DNA from: Oceanispirochaeta sp.
Lineage (GTDB): Bacteria; Spirochaetota; Spirochaetia; DSM-2461
Direction: 5' to 3'
DNA: 64,000 nt
NCBI GenBank assembly: GCA_963666275.2
Contig: CAXXOA010000002.1
Span: 1,888,001 to 1,952,000 of the forward strand
The translations under genes were made by a program, and so were the position numbers. Under the pieces are notes generated by a model, which saw only the letters and a list, made by a program, of their open reading frames with translations, was not told where the DNA came from and did no database searches. This document shows, in pieces, positions 1 to 9,849 of this stretch (positions within the stretch are counted from its first letter, which is position 1; each line of letters starts with the position of its first letter).

Positions 1-1
1 G

Positions 2-853
2 GACATCTCCTGGAAACTGATCGAAGAAATGGCAGTTAAGGGTGCTGGAATCCTGAAACCTGTTTTTGACGAAACAAAGGGGAAAAAAGGCCGGATCTCA
101 ATTCAGACCAATGCTCAGCTCTACCGTGATGCGGAAGCTATGGCGGAACAGGCCATCGGTTTCAATAAACTGGCTGAAAATATGATGGTTAAAATGCCTA
201 CAACCGCTGCTGGAATCAAGGCTTTTGAAGAAGCGACCTACCACGGTGTGAATATAAATGCCACTGTAAGTTTTACCTGCCCCCAGGCGGTTCAGGTGGC
301 TGAAGCCGTTGAAAGAGGTCTGAAAAGAAGAGAAGCTGAAGGCAAGGATATCTCTCATATGACACCGGTCTGTACAATCATGGTGGGACGGACTGATGAC
401 TGGCTGAAAATCGTTGCGGGCAAAGAGAAAAAAGTTCCCACTCCGGGTGTCCTTGACTGGGCCGGAGTGGCTGTTTTCAAGAATGCCTACAGAATTTATA
501 AGGAAAAAGGCTATAGAACCAGACTGCTTTCCGCCGCCTACAGAAACCACCTGCACTGGTCACAGCTGATCGGTGACGACATTGTTCAGACCATCCCCAG
601 CAAGTGGCAGAAACTGTTCAATGCCAGTGATATCGAACCGGAAATCACAATAGATAAACCTGTTGATCCTGCTATCCTGGCAGAGTTGAAAACCTATCCC
701 GAGTTTATAAAAGCCTATGAGCCCGATGGTATGACACCGGAAGAGTTTGAAACATACGGAGCAACAGCAAGAACCCTGAGAGGTTTCCTTGCCGGTTATT
801 CCGAACTTCTCAGTGTTGTCAGAGATCTGATGATCCCGAATCCTGATGCCTGA
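2..853 (+). CDS. tal: Transaldolase family protein (5' end outside window)
   Basis: Frame is open from base 2 (DISWKLIEEMAVK). Motifs GRISIQT, MVKMPTT (Schiff-base Lys), GVNINATVSF, MVGRTDD, RLLSAA. Confidence 0.85.
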   Translation, partial: DISWKLIEEMAVKGAGILKPVFDETKGKKGRISIQTNAQLYRDAEAMAEQAIGFNKLAENMMVKMPTTAAGIKAFEEATYHGVNINATVSFTCPQAVQVAEAVERGLKRREAEGKDISHMTPVCTIMVGRTDDWLKIVAGKEKKVPTPGVLDWAGVAVFKNAYRIYKEKGYRTRLLSAAYRNHLHWSQLIGDDIVQTIPSKWQKLFNASDIEPEITIDKPVDPAILAELKTYPEFIKAYEPDGMTPEEFETYGATARTLRGFLAGYSELLSVVRDLMIPNPDA

Positions 854-877
854 TCAGCCTTCTGAATAAGCTGTCAG

Positions 878-908
878 GGAGGTAAAATCGCAGGATTTTA
901 CCTCCTTT
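878..908 (+). terminator. Intergenic stem-loop (terminator or mRNA stabiliser)
   Basis: GGAGGTAAAATC-gcag-GATTTTACCTCC followed by TTT. Confidence 0.6.
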
Positions 909-959
909 GGAATTTTGAATTATCTGAAAGTGAATTGTAAATGATTGAGGAGTACATAC

Positions 960-2342
960 ATGTCTGATTATGTTAAAGGCCTTGTAGAGAGAGCCAGAAA
1001 AGCCCAGGCGGAAATTGAATTTCTGTCCCAGGAAAAAGTAGATGAAATCTGTGAACATATAGCCTGGACAACAGTTCAGGAACCCTTTGTGACCGAACTG
1101 GCCAAACTGGCTGTGGAAGAGTCCAGGATGGGGCTTTTTGAAAGCAAACACGGCAAAATGATGAACAAAGTCCGGGCCGGCTGGTTCGATATGAAAGGCA
1201 AGAAATCCGCCGGTGTGATTGAAGAAGATCCCGCCCTGGGACTGATCAAAATCGCCAAACCCGTAGGGGTTATCGGAGCCATGGTTCCCACCACCAATAA
1301 CGAAGCCACACCTGTACTGAAATCCATGAGCGCCATCAAAGGCAGAAATGCCATTATCCTGGCTCCCCATCCCCGGTCCATCAAAACCAATGAGATGGTT
1401 GTCAACAAAATGCGGGCGGTTCTGAAAAAACTGGGATATCCGGAAGATCTGATCATCCATGTGGATCAGGTGACCATGGAAAACTCCCAGGAGATCATGA
1501 AACAGTGCGATCTGGTTCTGGCAACCGGAGGAGCGGGCCTTGTTAAAACCGCCTATTCCAGCGGAACCCCCGCCTACGGTGTAGGAGCGGGAAATGCCGT
1601 TACCATCGTGGATGATACTCAGGATATGAAAGTTGTTGCCGACAAAATCAGACGTTCAAAAACTTTCGACATGGCCACAAGCTGTTCTGCCGAAAACTCC
1701 TGCCTGGCTCAGGATACGATCTATGAGGAACTCTGCAGCGCTCTGGAAGCCGAAGGCGGTTTCAGGGTGAAAGAGGCGGATAAGGGGAAGATTGAAAAAG
1801 CCCTCTGGCCCGACGGTGAGCATCTGAACCGGGACATCGTGGCTCAGCCTGCGGCAACCATTGCGAAGATCGCCGGCATCGAAGTTCCCGAAGGAACCAA
1901 TTTCTTCTTTGTGGAAGAGAGCGGAATCGGCGAGGGATACCCTCTGAGCGGTGAAAAACTGTCTGTAGTGATGACCCTCTATAAATGGAGCGACTTTGAC
2001 AAGGCCGTTCAGATGGTCAACGATATTACCAACTACTCCGGTGCTGGTCACTCCTGCGGTATCCATACCGAAAAGAAAGAGAGAATCCTTCAGCTGGCTG
2101 AGCAGGTAAAAGTGTCCCGCGTTATGGTCAATCAGCCTCACTGTCTTGCCAACAGCGGTGCCTGGACAAACGGTATGCCTACCACTCTGACTTTGGGCTG
2201 CGGTTCCTGGGGTGGAAACATCTCCAGTGAAAATATCACCTGGAAGCATCTGATCAACACCACCTGGGTTTCTTCTCCCATTGCCAACAGGCAGCCTACA
2301 GACGAGGAGTTATTCAGTGAGAGCGTCAGAAAAAGTGAGTAG
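960..2342 (+). CDS. CoA-acylating aldehyde dehydrogenase (AdhE N-terminal / SauS-like)
   Basis: KPVGVIGAMVPTTN, LATGGAGLV, YGVGAGN, catalytic SCSAENS, LSGEKLS, TLGCGSWGGN. SD GAGGAG before ATG 960. Confidence 0.88.
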   Translation: MSDYVKGLVERARKAQAEIEFLSQEKVDEICEHIAWTTVQEPFVTELAKLAVEESRMGLFESKHGKMMNKVRAGWFDMKGKKSAGVIEEDPALGLIKIAKPVGVIGAMVPTTNNEATPVLKSMSAIKGRNAIILAPHPRSIKTNEMVVNKMRAVLKKLGYPEDLIIHVDQVTMENSQEIMKQCDLVLATGGAGLVKTAYSSGTPAYGVGAGNAVTIVDDTQDMKVVADKIRRSKTFDMATSCSAENSCLAQDTIYEELCSALEAEGGFRVKEADKGKIEKALWPDGEHLNRDIVAQPAATIAKIAGIEVPEGTNFFFVEESGIGEGYPLSGEKLSVVMTLYKWSDFDKAVQMVNDITNYSGAGHSCGIHTEKKERILQLAEQVKVSRVMVNQPHCLANSGAWTNGMPTTLTLGCGSWGGNISSENITWKHLINTTWVSSPIANRQPTDEELFSESVRKSE

Positions 2343-3960
2343 AAAAGAAGCTAAATCCAACCTGCCTGAAGAGCAGGGAGGAAAGGCTGAACAGGCCCGG
2401 GAAATTCCCCGGGCCCATAAAGAGAGTCTGGCCAATATGGTCCGAGCCAAAGAGACCATGCTGGCCGGCGGGGGAGAGTCCCGTCAGGCGAAACAGCGGG
2501 CCAAAGGGAAAAAGACGGCCCGGGAAAGGATCAATTTTCTGGTGGACAAGGGCAGTTTCGTAGAGAATCAGCCCTATATGAAAAGCCGGAATGAAGACTT
2601 CGGGATGGATAAGAAGAAGTTCTTCGGCGATGGCGTTATCACGGGCAGTGCTCAGCTGGACGGCAGACAGATATGGCTATCCTCGCAGGATTTTACCGTA
2701 CTGGGCGGATCCCTGGGGGAGGCTCATGCCGCCAAAATTGCCAAAGCCCAGATGGAAGCCATGAAAACCGGAAAGCCCTTCATCTCGATCAACGATTCCG
2801 GCGGAGCCAGGATCCAGGAGGGAGTGCTCTCTCTGGAAGGGTACGGAAGCATCTTCCGGGCCAATACTCTGGCTTCGGGTGTGATCCCCCAGATGTCCAT
2901 TATCATGGGCCCCTGTGCGGGAGGCGCGGCCTACTCGCCGGCTCTGACAGACTTTGTTTTTATGGTGGATAAAACCAGCCATATGTATATTACCGGTCCC
3001 GACGTTATTAAAGCCGTTACCGGTGAAAATGTGACTCACGAAGCGCTGGGCGGGGCAGAAGCCCACAACAGTAAAAGCGGTAATGCCCATTTCCGCTGTT
3101 CCTCCGAAGAAGAGTGTCTCCTCACTCTCAGGCAGCTGTTGTCCTACCTGCCTTCGTCCAACAGGGAAAAACCCCCTGTGGTGGAGTGTACGGATGATGC
3201 CGAAAGGATTACAGGAGAGATCCTGCATATCCTGCCGGATAAAACCAACAGGCCCTATGATATCCGTCAGGTGATTGATCTGCTTTTTGATCAGTACAGC
3301 TTCCTTGAGGTTCATAAGGAGTTCGCTCCCAGTATGGTCGTCGGCTTTGCCAGGCTGAACGGCAGATCCGTGGGAATCATCGGGAATCAGCCCATGGTTT
3401 TTGCCGGTTCCCTGGACAAGGACTCCTCCGACAAGGCCGCGCGGTTCATCCGTTTCTGCGATTCCTTCGGCGTGCCTATAGTCTCTCTGGTGGATGTGCC
3501 CGGGTATATGCCAGGTACGGTTCAGGAGTACGGTGGAATTATCCGTCACGGAGCCAAGCTGCTCTATGCTATTGCGGAAGCCACGGTTCCCAAGGTGGCT
3601 CTGGTTCTCCGGAAAGCCTACGGAGGCGCCTATATCGGTATGGCCTCCAAAGCGCTGGGATATGACAGGGTTCTGGCCATGCCTATGGCAGAGATTGCTG
3701 TCATGGGAGCGGCGGGAGCGGCGAATATCATTTTCAGGAATGATATCAGTGCGGCCCGGGATCCCGAACTGATCCGGGAGATCAAGATCCATGAGTACCA
3801 GGAGAAGTTCATGAATCCCTATGCTGCGGCATCTCTGGGTATTGTGGACGATGTGGTGGATCCCGAATATATCCGGAGAGATCTGATCCGGTCTGTGGAA
3901 ATGCTCTCAGACAAGATGGAGGAACTCCCCCGCAAAAAACACGGGAATATTCCCCTGTAA
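2335..3960 (+). CDS. Acyl-CoA carboxyltransferase subunit (PccB / MmdA family)
   Basis: KGKKTARERI, QDFTVLGGSLGE, DSGGARIQEG, GPCAGGAAYSPA, VDVPGYMPG, RKAYGGAY, KKHGNIPL. GTG 2335 overlaps the upstream stop; start uncertain. Confidence 0.9.
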   Translation: MSRKEAKSNLPEEQGGKAEQAREIPRAHKESLANMVRAKETMLAGGGESRQAKQRAKGKKTARERINFLVDKGSFVENQPYMKSRNEDFGMDKKKFFGDGVITGSAQLDGRQIWLSSQDFTVLGGSLGEAHAAKIAKAQMEAMKTGKPFISINDSGGARIQEGVLSLEGYGSIFRANTLASGVIPQMSIIMGPCAGGAAYSPALTDFVFMVDKTSHMYITGPDVIKAVTGENVTHEALGGAEAHNSKSGNAHFRCSSEEECLLTLRQLLSYLPSSNREKPPVVECTDDAERITGEILHILPDKTNRPYDIRQVIDLLFDQYSFLEVHKEFAPSMVVGFARLNGRSVGIIGNQPMVFAGSLDKDSSDKAARFIRFCDSFGVPIVSLVDVPGYMPGTVQEYGGIIRHGAKLLYAIAEATVPKVALVLRKAYGGAYIGMASKALGYDRVLAMPMAEIAVMGAAGAANIIFRNDISAARDPELIREIKIHEYQEKFMNPYAAASLGIVDDVVDPEYIRRDLIRSVEMLSDKMEELPRKKHGNIPL

Positions 3961-4042
3961 ACGGTTTTACAGCCCCTGGAATCCGGGGGCTTTGAACACA
4001 CACAAATACTATTTAAAAAAGGTTTTAGAATTATTAGGTTTT

Positions 4043-4096
4043 ACCGGCACCAGCCCCCACTGCAGAGAGATCCTTCCGGGCTGGTGCCGGTTTTTT
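4043..4096 (+). terminator. Rho-independent terminator-like hairpin with long loop
   Basis: ACCGGCACCAGCCC ... GGGCTGGTGCCGGT followed by a T run, between convergent genes. Confidence 0.65.
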
Positions 4097-4150
4097 GTCT
4101 TTCCGGGACCGGTTTGAAAGAAGGGCTTCTTTTGAATCTGTCAGAGAATC

Positions 4151-4867
4151 CTACTGTTTTCTGGGGATCTGAAGTCTGTTCTTGATATTCTCTATATGGG
4201 AGCTGAAGGTTTCTATGGACTGACTGACCTGTCCGCTCTTGATCGTATCTATTATGCTCTGATGCTCAAGGACAATCATTTCAGGGTTGGCATAGTCGCT
4301 CTGTGACTGATCGATCTCTTCCATCATGAAAGATCTCAGGGTTTTGTATATGGAGTAGAACAGGGTATTGCCTGTGCTTTTTACAATGATGTTGTGAAAA
4401 TTGTAATCCGCTTCTACCATATTGTCCCTCTGCCCGGCATCCAGGCTGAGTTTCATATGATTCACCTGTTCCTGCAGTTCCTTTATGATGGACGTCAGTT
4501 TTTCAGGATTGGCGATATACTGGTGAGTGAGGGTTATGATGCTCCATAACTCGATGGCACCCCTGGTTTCTATGAGTTCCTGCTGTTCATCCTTGCCAAG
4601 GAGGATCGACCATGAGAGAGCTTCCTGGGAAATGTTGGCCCTATCAGAGAGAAAGGTTCCTTTGGCTGCCTTTGATTCAAGAACACCCAGATAGTTGAAG
4701 ATCTTGATAGCCTCTCTGATGGAGGACCGGCCGATGCCGAATCTCTCGGCAAGTTCATTTTCAGTAGGGAGCTTGTCTCCGGGTTTGTATTTTCCCGAAG
4801 CAATAAGATCTTTTATGTGCTCCATTACCTGTTCAACAACTGTCTTTTGCTTGATCTTCTTCACCAT
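4151..4867 (-). CDS. GntR/FadR family transcriptional regulator (FCD domain)
   Basis: PGDKLPTENELAERFGIGRSSIREA wHTH; ADYNFHNIIV..GN FCD motif. SD AGGAG before ATG 4867. Confidence 0.92.
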   Translation of the reverse strand: MVKKIKQKTVVEQVMEHIKDLIASGKYKPGDKLPTENELAERFGIGRSSIREAIKIFNYLGVLESKAAKGTFLSDRANISQEALSWSILLGKDEQQELIETRGAIELWSIITLTHQYIANPEKLTSIIKELQEQVNHMKLSLDAGQRDNMVEADYNFHNIIVKSTGNTLFYSIYKTLRSFMMEEIDQSQSDYANPEMIVLEHQSIIDTIKSGQVSQSIETFSSHIENIKNRLQIPRKQ

Positions 4868-4877
4868 CTGAAAACTC

Positions 4878-4894
4878 CTATTGTATGACAATAG
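4878..4894. promoter_or_regulatory. Candidate GntR/FadR operator
   Basis: Palindrome CTATTGT-ATG-ACAATAG directly upstream of the GntR RBS; TTGT-N3-ACAA type. Confidence 0.6.
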
Positions 4895-4983
4895 TACATT
4901 TTAGGGGATAGTGCAAGTGAAACCTCAGGAAATAGGGGTTGGTTTTTTTTAAAGTATCGATTTCTGAGAGCTTTCCGGAAAGA

Positions 4984-4997
4984 GACAAACGTTTCCG
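4984..4997. promoter_or_regulatory. Candidate LacI-family operator (distal)
   Basis: GACAAACGTTTCCG: central CG with AAACGTTT core. Confidence 0.5.
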
Positions 4998-5148
4998 ATA
5001 ATAGAGAAAAATATATCGATAATTTATGCTTCTAATCAGCCCCGGTTCGGGGGTGAAAATTTAATTTCGTCAGATTGTATGATATAATATTAAAGATATA
5101 TATAGTATGTAATTAAACAATATTTGACTGATTGTTTAAAATTTTTTC

Positions 5149-5178
5149 TTGACAGATCTGAGAAACCGTTGTGATAAT
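5149..5178 (+). promoter_or_regulatory. Sigma70-type promoter of the inositol ABC operon
   Basis: TTGACA 5149-5154, 18-bp spacer, extended -10 TGtGATAAT ending 5178. Confidence 0.6.
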
Positions 5179-5188
5179 GTACACATAC

Positions 5189-5202
5189 CGGAAACGTTTG
5201 CG
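5189..5202. promoter_or_regulatory. Candidate LacI-family operator (proximal)
   Basis: CGGAAACGTTTGCG just downstream of the -10 box; a LacI gene is in the operon. Confidence 0.6.
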
Positions 5203-5269
5203 TAGATCCGGAAGGCACGGCAGAAAAAATTGAACTGCCGAACGCCAAAAAAGGTAGGAGGAATTATTT

Positions 5270-6208
5270 ATGAAAAAGCTCTTAACAGTTCTTTTGGGTA
5301 TCGGTTTAATTACCGGTGCTGTATTTGCAGAAGGACAGAAAGAAGCAGATGGTTTCAAGGTCGGATATGTATGTAACAATTTCAACGATACATTTCAGAC
5401 TTATGTAATGGATGCGGCTGAAGCGTATTACGATGGTGTTGCTGATGTTGAAATTATTCTGCAGGACTCTGTAGAGGATGTTATTCGTCAGCAGGATATG
5501 GTAAATACTCTGATTGCTCAGAAAGTGGATGCTCTGATTGTTGTTCCTGTAGATACGAGTGCAATGGAACCTATCGTTAGAGCTGCTGCTGAAGCAGACA
5601 TCCCCCTCTGTTTTGTAAACAGAAACCCCTATGCCGGAAAAGATCTTCCTGAAAATGTCTACTATGTTGGATCACAGGAAGTTATTGCCGGTCAGCAGCA
5701 GATGAATTACATGGGTGAACTTATGGGCGGAGAAGGCGGAGTTGCCATCCTGATGGGAAAACTGGACAACGAAGGTGCCCTGAAAAGAACTGAAGGTAAT
5801 GAATCTGTAATTGCAGAAAAATATCCTAACATCGACATCCTGGCAAAAGAAACCGGAAACTGGCAGCGTGACCAGGGAATGGTTCTTACCGAAAACTGGC
5901 TGACCGCTTACGGTGCAGACCTGAAAGGTATCCTGGCCAACAATGACGAAATGGCTCTCGGTGCTGTAGAAGCTCTGAAAGCTGCGGGAAGAGAAGATAT
6001 CTATGTAATGGGTGTTGATGCAATTCCCGATGCCAAAGAAGCCGTTGGCAGCGGTGAACTGGCTGCTACTGTTCTGCAGGATGCTGTAGGTCAGGGCGAA
6101 GGTGCTGCAAAACTGATTCATAGTGTATTGATGGGTGAAACAGTGGATTCCCTCGTTTGGGTACCCTTTGTACTGATAACACCTGAAAATCTTGCTGACT
6201 TCCAGTAA
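5270..6208 (+). CDS. Sugar (probably inositol) ABC transporter substrate-binding protein
   Basis: Signal peptide (AVFA|EGQKE), VDALIVVPVD, ILANNDEMALGA, VMGVDA. SD AGGAGG. iol gene context. Confidence 0.9.
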   Translation: MKKLLTVLLGIGLITGAVFAEGQKEADGFKVGYVCNNFNDTFQTYVMDAAEAYYDGVADVEIILQDSVEDVIRQQDMVNTLIAQKVDALIVVPVDTSAMEPIVRAAAEADIPLCFVNRNPYAGKDLPENVYYVGSQEVIAGQQQMNYMGELMGGEGGVAILMGKLDNEGALKRTEGNESVIAEKYPNIDILAKETGNWQRDQGMVLTENWLTAYGADLKGILANNDEMALGAVEALKAAGREDIYVMGVDAIPDAKEAVGSGELAATVLQDAVGQGEGAAKLIHSVLMGETVDSLVWVPFVLITPENLADFQ

Positions 6209-6217
6209 GAGATAATT

Positions 6218-6259
6218 AAAAAGGGGAAAGGCTTTTCAGGAGTGTTTTCCCCTTTTTTT
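6218..6259 (+). terminator. Stem-loop after the binding-protein gene
   Basis: AAAAGGGGAAA ... TTTCCCCTTTT with T tail. Confidence 0.55.
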
Positions 6260-6272
6260 ACGGGAGAGAATA

Positions 6273-7790
6273 ATGGCAGAGGAAAAATATATCCTGGAAA
6301 TGACGGATATTGTTAAAACATTCCCCGGTGTACAGGCCCTGAAAGGGGTTCAGCTTAAGGTTCGTCCCGGTGAGATTCATGCTCTCATGGGAGAGAATGG
6401 AGCCGGTAAATCAACACTGATGAACTGTCTGGCCGGTGTTCACAGCCAGACTTCAGGTACAATCCTGTACGATGGTGAAGTTCGTGAACAGTATAATACA
6501 ATTGAAGCCCTGAATATGGGGATTTCCATGATTCATCAGGAATTGAGTCCTGTACTTCATAGACCGATCATGGAGAATATCTGGCTTGGTAGAGAGCCCC
6601 TAAACAAATTCGGTCTTGTCGATCATCAGAAAATGTACGAAATGAGCCTTGAAGTTCTGAAGGAAATTGATCTGGATGTGGACCCCAGGCTTGAAATGGT
6701 TAATCTTACAGTAGCTAAAATGCAGATGATTGAAATCGCCAAGGCAATTTCATTCAATTCAAAACTGATTATTATGGATGAACCGACATCCGCTCTTGCT
6801 GATAAGGAAATTAAACAGCTTTTTACCCTGATGAGGAAACTCCGGGCAAGTGGAAAAAGCATTATATACATATCTCATAAACTGGATGAGGTTTATGAGA
6901 TTACCGACAGGATCTCTGTCTTCCGGGATGGAACCTACATCGGAACCGATGATACGGATAAACTGACCGAGGAAAAGCTTATCAATATGATGGTAGGCCG
7001 GGATGTGGATGAACTGTTTCCCAAGGAGGCATGTCCTATCGGGGATGTAAAACTGGAAGTGAAAAATCTGACTCACAGCAGATATTTCAATGATGTCTCC
7101 TTTACAGTCCGAAAAGGGGAGATCCTGGGAATCGCCGGATTAATCGGAGCCGGCCGAACCGAAGTGATTGAAACAATTTTCGGTATCAGGGACAAAGTTT
7201 CCGGTGAAATCCTTATAGACGGCAAGCCGGTAGACATTCTTTCTCCCCGGGATGCTATTGAAAATAAGATGGCTCTTCTGACAGAAGACCGGAGGCATTC
7301 GGGTATCTTCCCCATGCTTTCAGTCGGTGTGAATATGGCGATCTCTACATTTCCCAAGTTTATGAACAAGCTGGGACTTATCCGGGATCGGGATGTGAAG
7401 AAAGAGTGTGATGACTATGTTAAGAAAGTACAGGTCAAAACACCCAGTCTGAATCAGAGAGTCGAGAATCTTTCCGGTGGTAACCAGCAGAAAGTACTGG
7501 TATCCCGCTGGCTTATGACAAATCCGGAGATTCTTTTTCTGGACGAACCCACAAGAGGTATCGATGTGGGGGCAAAATCGGAAATCCACAGGCTTATAAC
7601 CAAACTGGCAGGAGAGGGCAAGTCTATTGTCATGGTCTCTTCCGAGCTCCCTGAGGTTATGGGAATGAGTGACAGGATCATGATAATGCATGAAGGAAAA
7701 GTCACTGGTATCGTTGATAACAGGGACGATCTGACTCAGGAAGAATTAATGACTTATGCTACAGGCAAAGCTGGGAAGAAAGGGGCGTAA
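6273..7790 (+). CDS. Sugar ABC transporter ATP-binding protein (RbsA/MglA type, two NBDs)
   Basis: GENGAGKST, IMDEPTSAL, LSGGNQQK, LDEPTRGIDVGAK. Confidence 0.95.
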   Translation: MAEEKYILEMTDIVKTFPGVQALKGVQLKVRPGEIHALMGENGAGKSTLMNCLAGVHSQTSGTILYDGEVREQYNTIEALNMGISMIHQELSPVLHRPIMENIWLGREPLNKFGLVDHQKMYEMSLEVLKEIDLDVDPRLEMVNLTVAKMQMIEIAKAISFNSKLIIMDEPTSALADKEIKQLFTLMRKLRASGKSIIYISHKLDEVYEITDRISVFRDGTYIGTDDTDKLTEEKLINMMVGRDVDELFPKEACPIGDVKLEVKNLTHSRYFNDVSFTVRKGEILGIAGLIGAGRTEVIETIFGIRDKVSGEILIDGKPVDILSPRDAIENKMALLTEDRRHSGIFPMLSVGVNMAISTFPKFMNKLGLIRDRDVKKECDDYVKKVQVKTPSLNQRVENLSGGNQQKVLVSRWLMTNPEILFLDEPTRGIDVGAKSEIHRLITKLAGEGKSIVMVSSELPEVMGMSDRIMIMHEGKVTGIVDNRDDLTQEELMTYATGKAGKKGA

Positions 7791-7794
7791 AAAA

Positions 7795-8802
7795 ATGTCT
7801 GCAACGGAAAACATTTTAAAGTTGAATAAAGCGGGATACAAAGAGATCCTGCAGAAATACGGTATCGTTTTTGTTCTGATTCTGATGATCATCGGTATCA
7901 GTATTGTGGAACCTGCTTTTTTGAGCAGTACGAATATTTTCAATGTAATGACTCAGTCCGCCATCTTCGGAATTATGGCTCTGGGACTCACATTCGTTAT
8001 CATTTCAAAGGGAATTGACCTCTCTGTAGGTTCTGTTCTGGCTTTTGCCGGTGTTGTTGCCGCCAGTCTGGCTCAGACTGCCGAAGCGACGGGTAAGTAT
8101 TTCCCCAACCTTCCGGTAATGCCTGTGATTGTTCCGATCGCGGCTGCTCTGGCAGTGGGTGCCGCCTGTGGTGCTGTTTCGGGAGCCCTGATTGCGAAAA
8201 CAAAGATCCCGGCGTTTATTTCCACTCTGGGTATGATGACCGTGGCCAGAGGTTTCGCTCTGATCTACTCTGATGGTAAACCCGTCAGTACCCTGATACC
8301 TTCCATGACCAGACTGGGTGGTAAACTCTGGGGATTCCTTCCCATTCCCGTTCTGATCTACTTTATTATGATTGTTGTCAGTTCCATACTGCTGAACAAA
8401 ACCAGATTCGGGAAAAGTGTTTACGCAGTCGGTGGAAATATTAAAGCGGCAGAAGTTTCAGGAGTTAATGTAAGCAGAACCCTAATTCTGATTTTTGCCT
8501 ACAGCGGTTTCCTGGCGGGACTGGCAGCGGTTGTATTTGCAGGCCGTGTAGGTTCTGTCCATCCCGGTGCGGCTTTCGGTTATGAGCTGACTGCTATTGC
8601 GGCTACCACCATCGGTGGTACCAGCCATTCCGGCGGTATCGGTACAATCTGGGGTGCTTTTGTCGGAGCTATGGTTCTGGCTGTTCTCAGAAACGGTCTG
8701 ACCCTTCTGGGGGTTGATGCCTACTGGCAGCAGGTTACCGAAGGTGTTATCATTGTTGTTGCTGTTATCATCGACATGAGAAAGAACTCTAAAAAAGACT
8801 AA
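7795..8802 (+). CDS. Sugar ABC transporter permease (RbsC type)
   Basis: [33 protein letters not shown]; multiple hydrophobic helices. Confidence 0.93.
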   Translation: MSATENILKLNKAGYKEILQKYGIVFVLILMIIGISIVEPAFLSSTNIFNVMTQSAIFGIMALGLTFVIISKGIDLSVGSVLAFAGVVAASLAQTAEATGKYFPNLPVMPVIVPIAAALAVGAACGAVSGALIAKTKIPAFISTLGMMTVARGFALIYSDGKPVSTLIPSMTRLGGKLWGFLPIPVLIYFIMIVVSSILLNKTRFGKSVYAVGGNIKAAEVSGVNVSRTLILIFAYSGFLAGLAAVVFAGRVGSVHPGAAFGYELTAIAATTIGGTSHSGGIGTIWGAFVGAMVLAVLRNGLTLLGVDAYWQQVTEGVIIVVAVIIDMRKNSKKD

Positions 8803-8833
8803 TTAAAAAGATAATTTTTAAAGGATTGTTACT

Positions 8834-9847
8834 ATGGAAAAAGTAAGAATCGGCTCTGTAGGCCTGGGCCGCCTGGGATTGCAGCATGCTGAAAATATCG
8901 CTACCAAAGTGATGGGTGCGGAATTAACGGTTCTGTGCGATCTGAATACGGCCCTGCTGAACGAGACTGCTGACAGATTGAATGTTAAATACCGCTGCAG
9001 CAGTTTTGAGGAGATGATAGCTATTGATGAACTGGATGCCGTTGTCATAGTTTCCCCCTCGGGTCTGCATACAGCTCAGATTTCTGCTGCTCTGGCAGCA
9101 GGGAAGCATGTATTTTCCGAAAAACCCCTGGGAATTTCTGTTTCAGAATGCCAGGATGCGGAAAAAGCCGTTGAGAAACACAGTGATAAGGTTTTCATGC
9201 TGGGCTTTATGCGCCGGTTTGATGAATCCTATATGTATGCCCATCAGAAAGTAGTGGACGGTGAGATCGGAAAGCCCGTGCTTTTCCGTTCCTACAGCCA
9301 GGATCCGGAAAAGTTTATTGACGGAGCCATCGCTTTTGCCGGTCACAGCGGCGGGCAGTTTCTGGATATGGCAGTGCATGACATTGATCTGGCCCGGTGG
9401 TTTCTGAACTCCGAGCCGGTCAATGTGACTGCCATGGGCGGCTGTTATGCCCATCCCGAGTTTGGTCAGTACAAAGACGGAGACAATGTTTCCTGTCTGA
9501 TGCAGTTTGAAAACGATGCGATGGTTTTTCTGTTTGCAGGAAGAACAGCTCCCCATGGGTATAATGTGGAGACCGAAATCATAGGGACAGAGGGCATTCT
9601 GAGAATCGCTTCGGTTCCCCAGAAGAACCTGGTGGAAGTCCTGGATTCAAACGGAGTCAGGCGTGAGTGCAGTCAGAATTTTCTGGAACGGTTCAAAAGC
9701 TCCTATGTGAATGAGATTCAGGAGTTTGTGGACTGCATCAGGGAAGGAAGAAAACCGGAAGTTTCCGTTTATGACGGAACAGCAGTTTCAAGGATTGCCT
9801 ATAAGTGCAAAGAGTCTTTTGAGACGGGGAAACAGCTGAGGTTTTAA
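8834..9847 (+). CDS. iolG: Inositol 2-dehydrogenase (Gfo/Idh/MocA family)
   Basis: GLGRLG, HVFSEKP, GFMRRFD, SGGQFLDMAVHDID. Confidence 0.85.
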   Translation: MEKVRIGSVGLGRLGLQHAENIATKVMGAELTVLCDLNTALLNETADRLNVKYRCSSFEEMIAIDELDAVVIVSPSGLHTAQISAALAAGKHVFSEKPLGISVSECQDAEKAVEKHSDKVFMLGFMRRFDESYMYAHQKVVDGEIGKPVLFRSYSQDPEKFIDGAIAFAGHSGGQFLDMAVHDIDLARWFLNSEPVNVTAMGGCYAHPEFGQYKDGDNVSCLMQFENDAMVFLFAGRTAPHGYNVETEIIGTEGILRIASVPQKNLVEVLDSNGVRRECSQNFLERFKSSYVNEIQEFVDCIREGRKPEVSVYDGTAVSRIAYKCKESFETGKQLRF

Positions 9848-9849
9848 TA

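Noticed and set aside
2..2342. Sulfoquinovose (sulfo-TAL / sulfo-TK) pathway
   Set aside because: No sulfoquinovosidase, SQ isomerase or sulfonate exporter in the window and the carboxyltransferase does not fit; not fully excluded because the operon starts outside the window.
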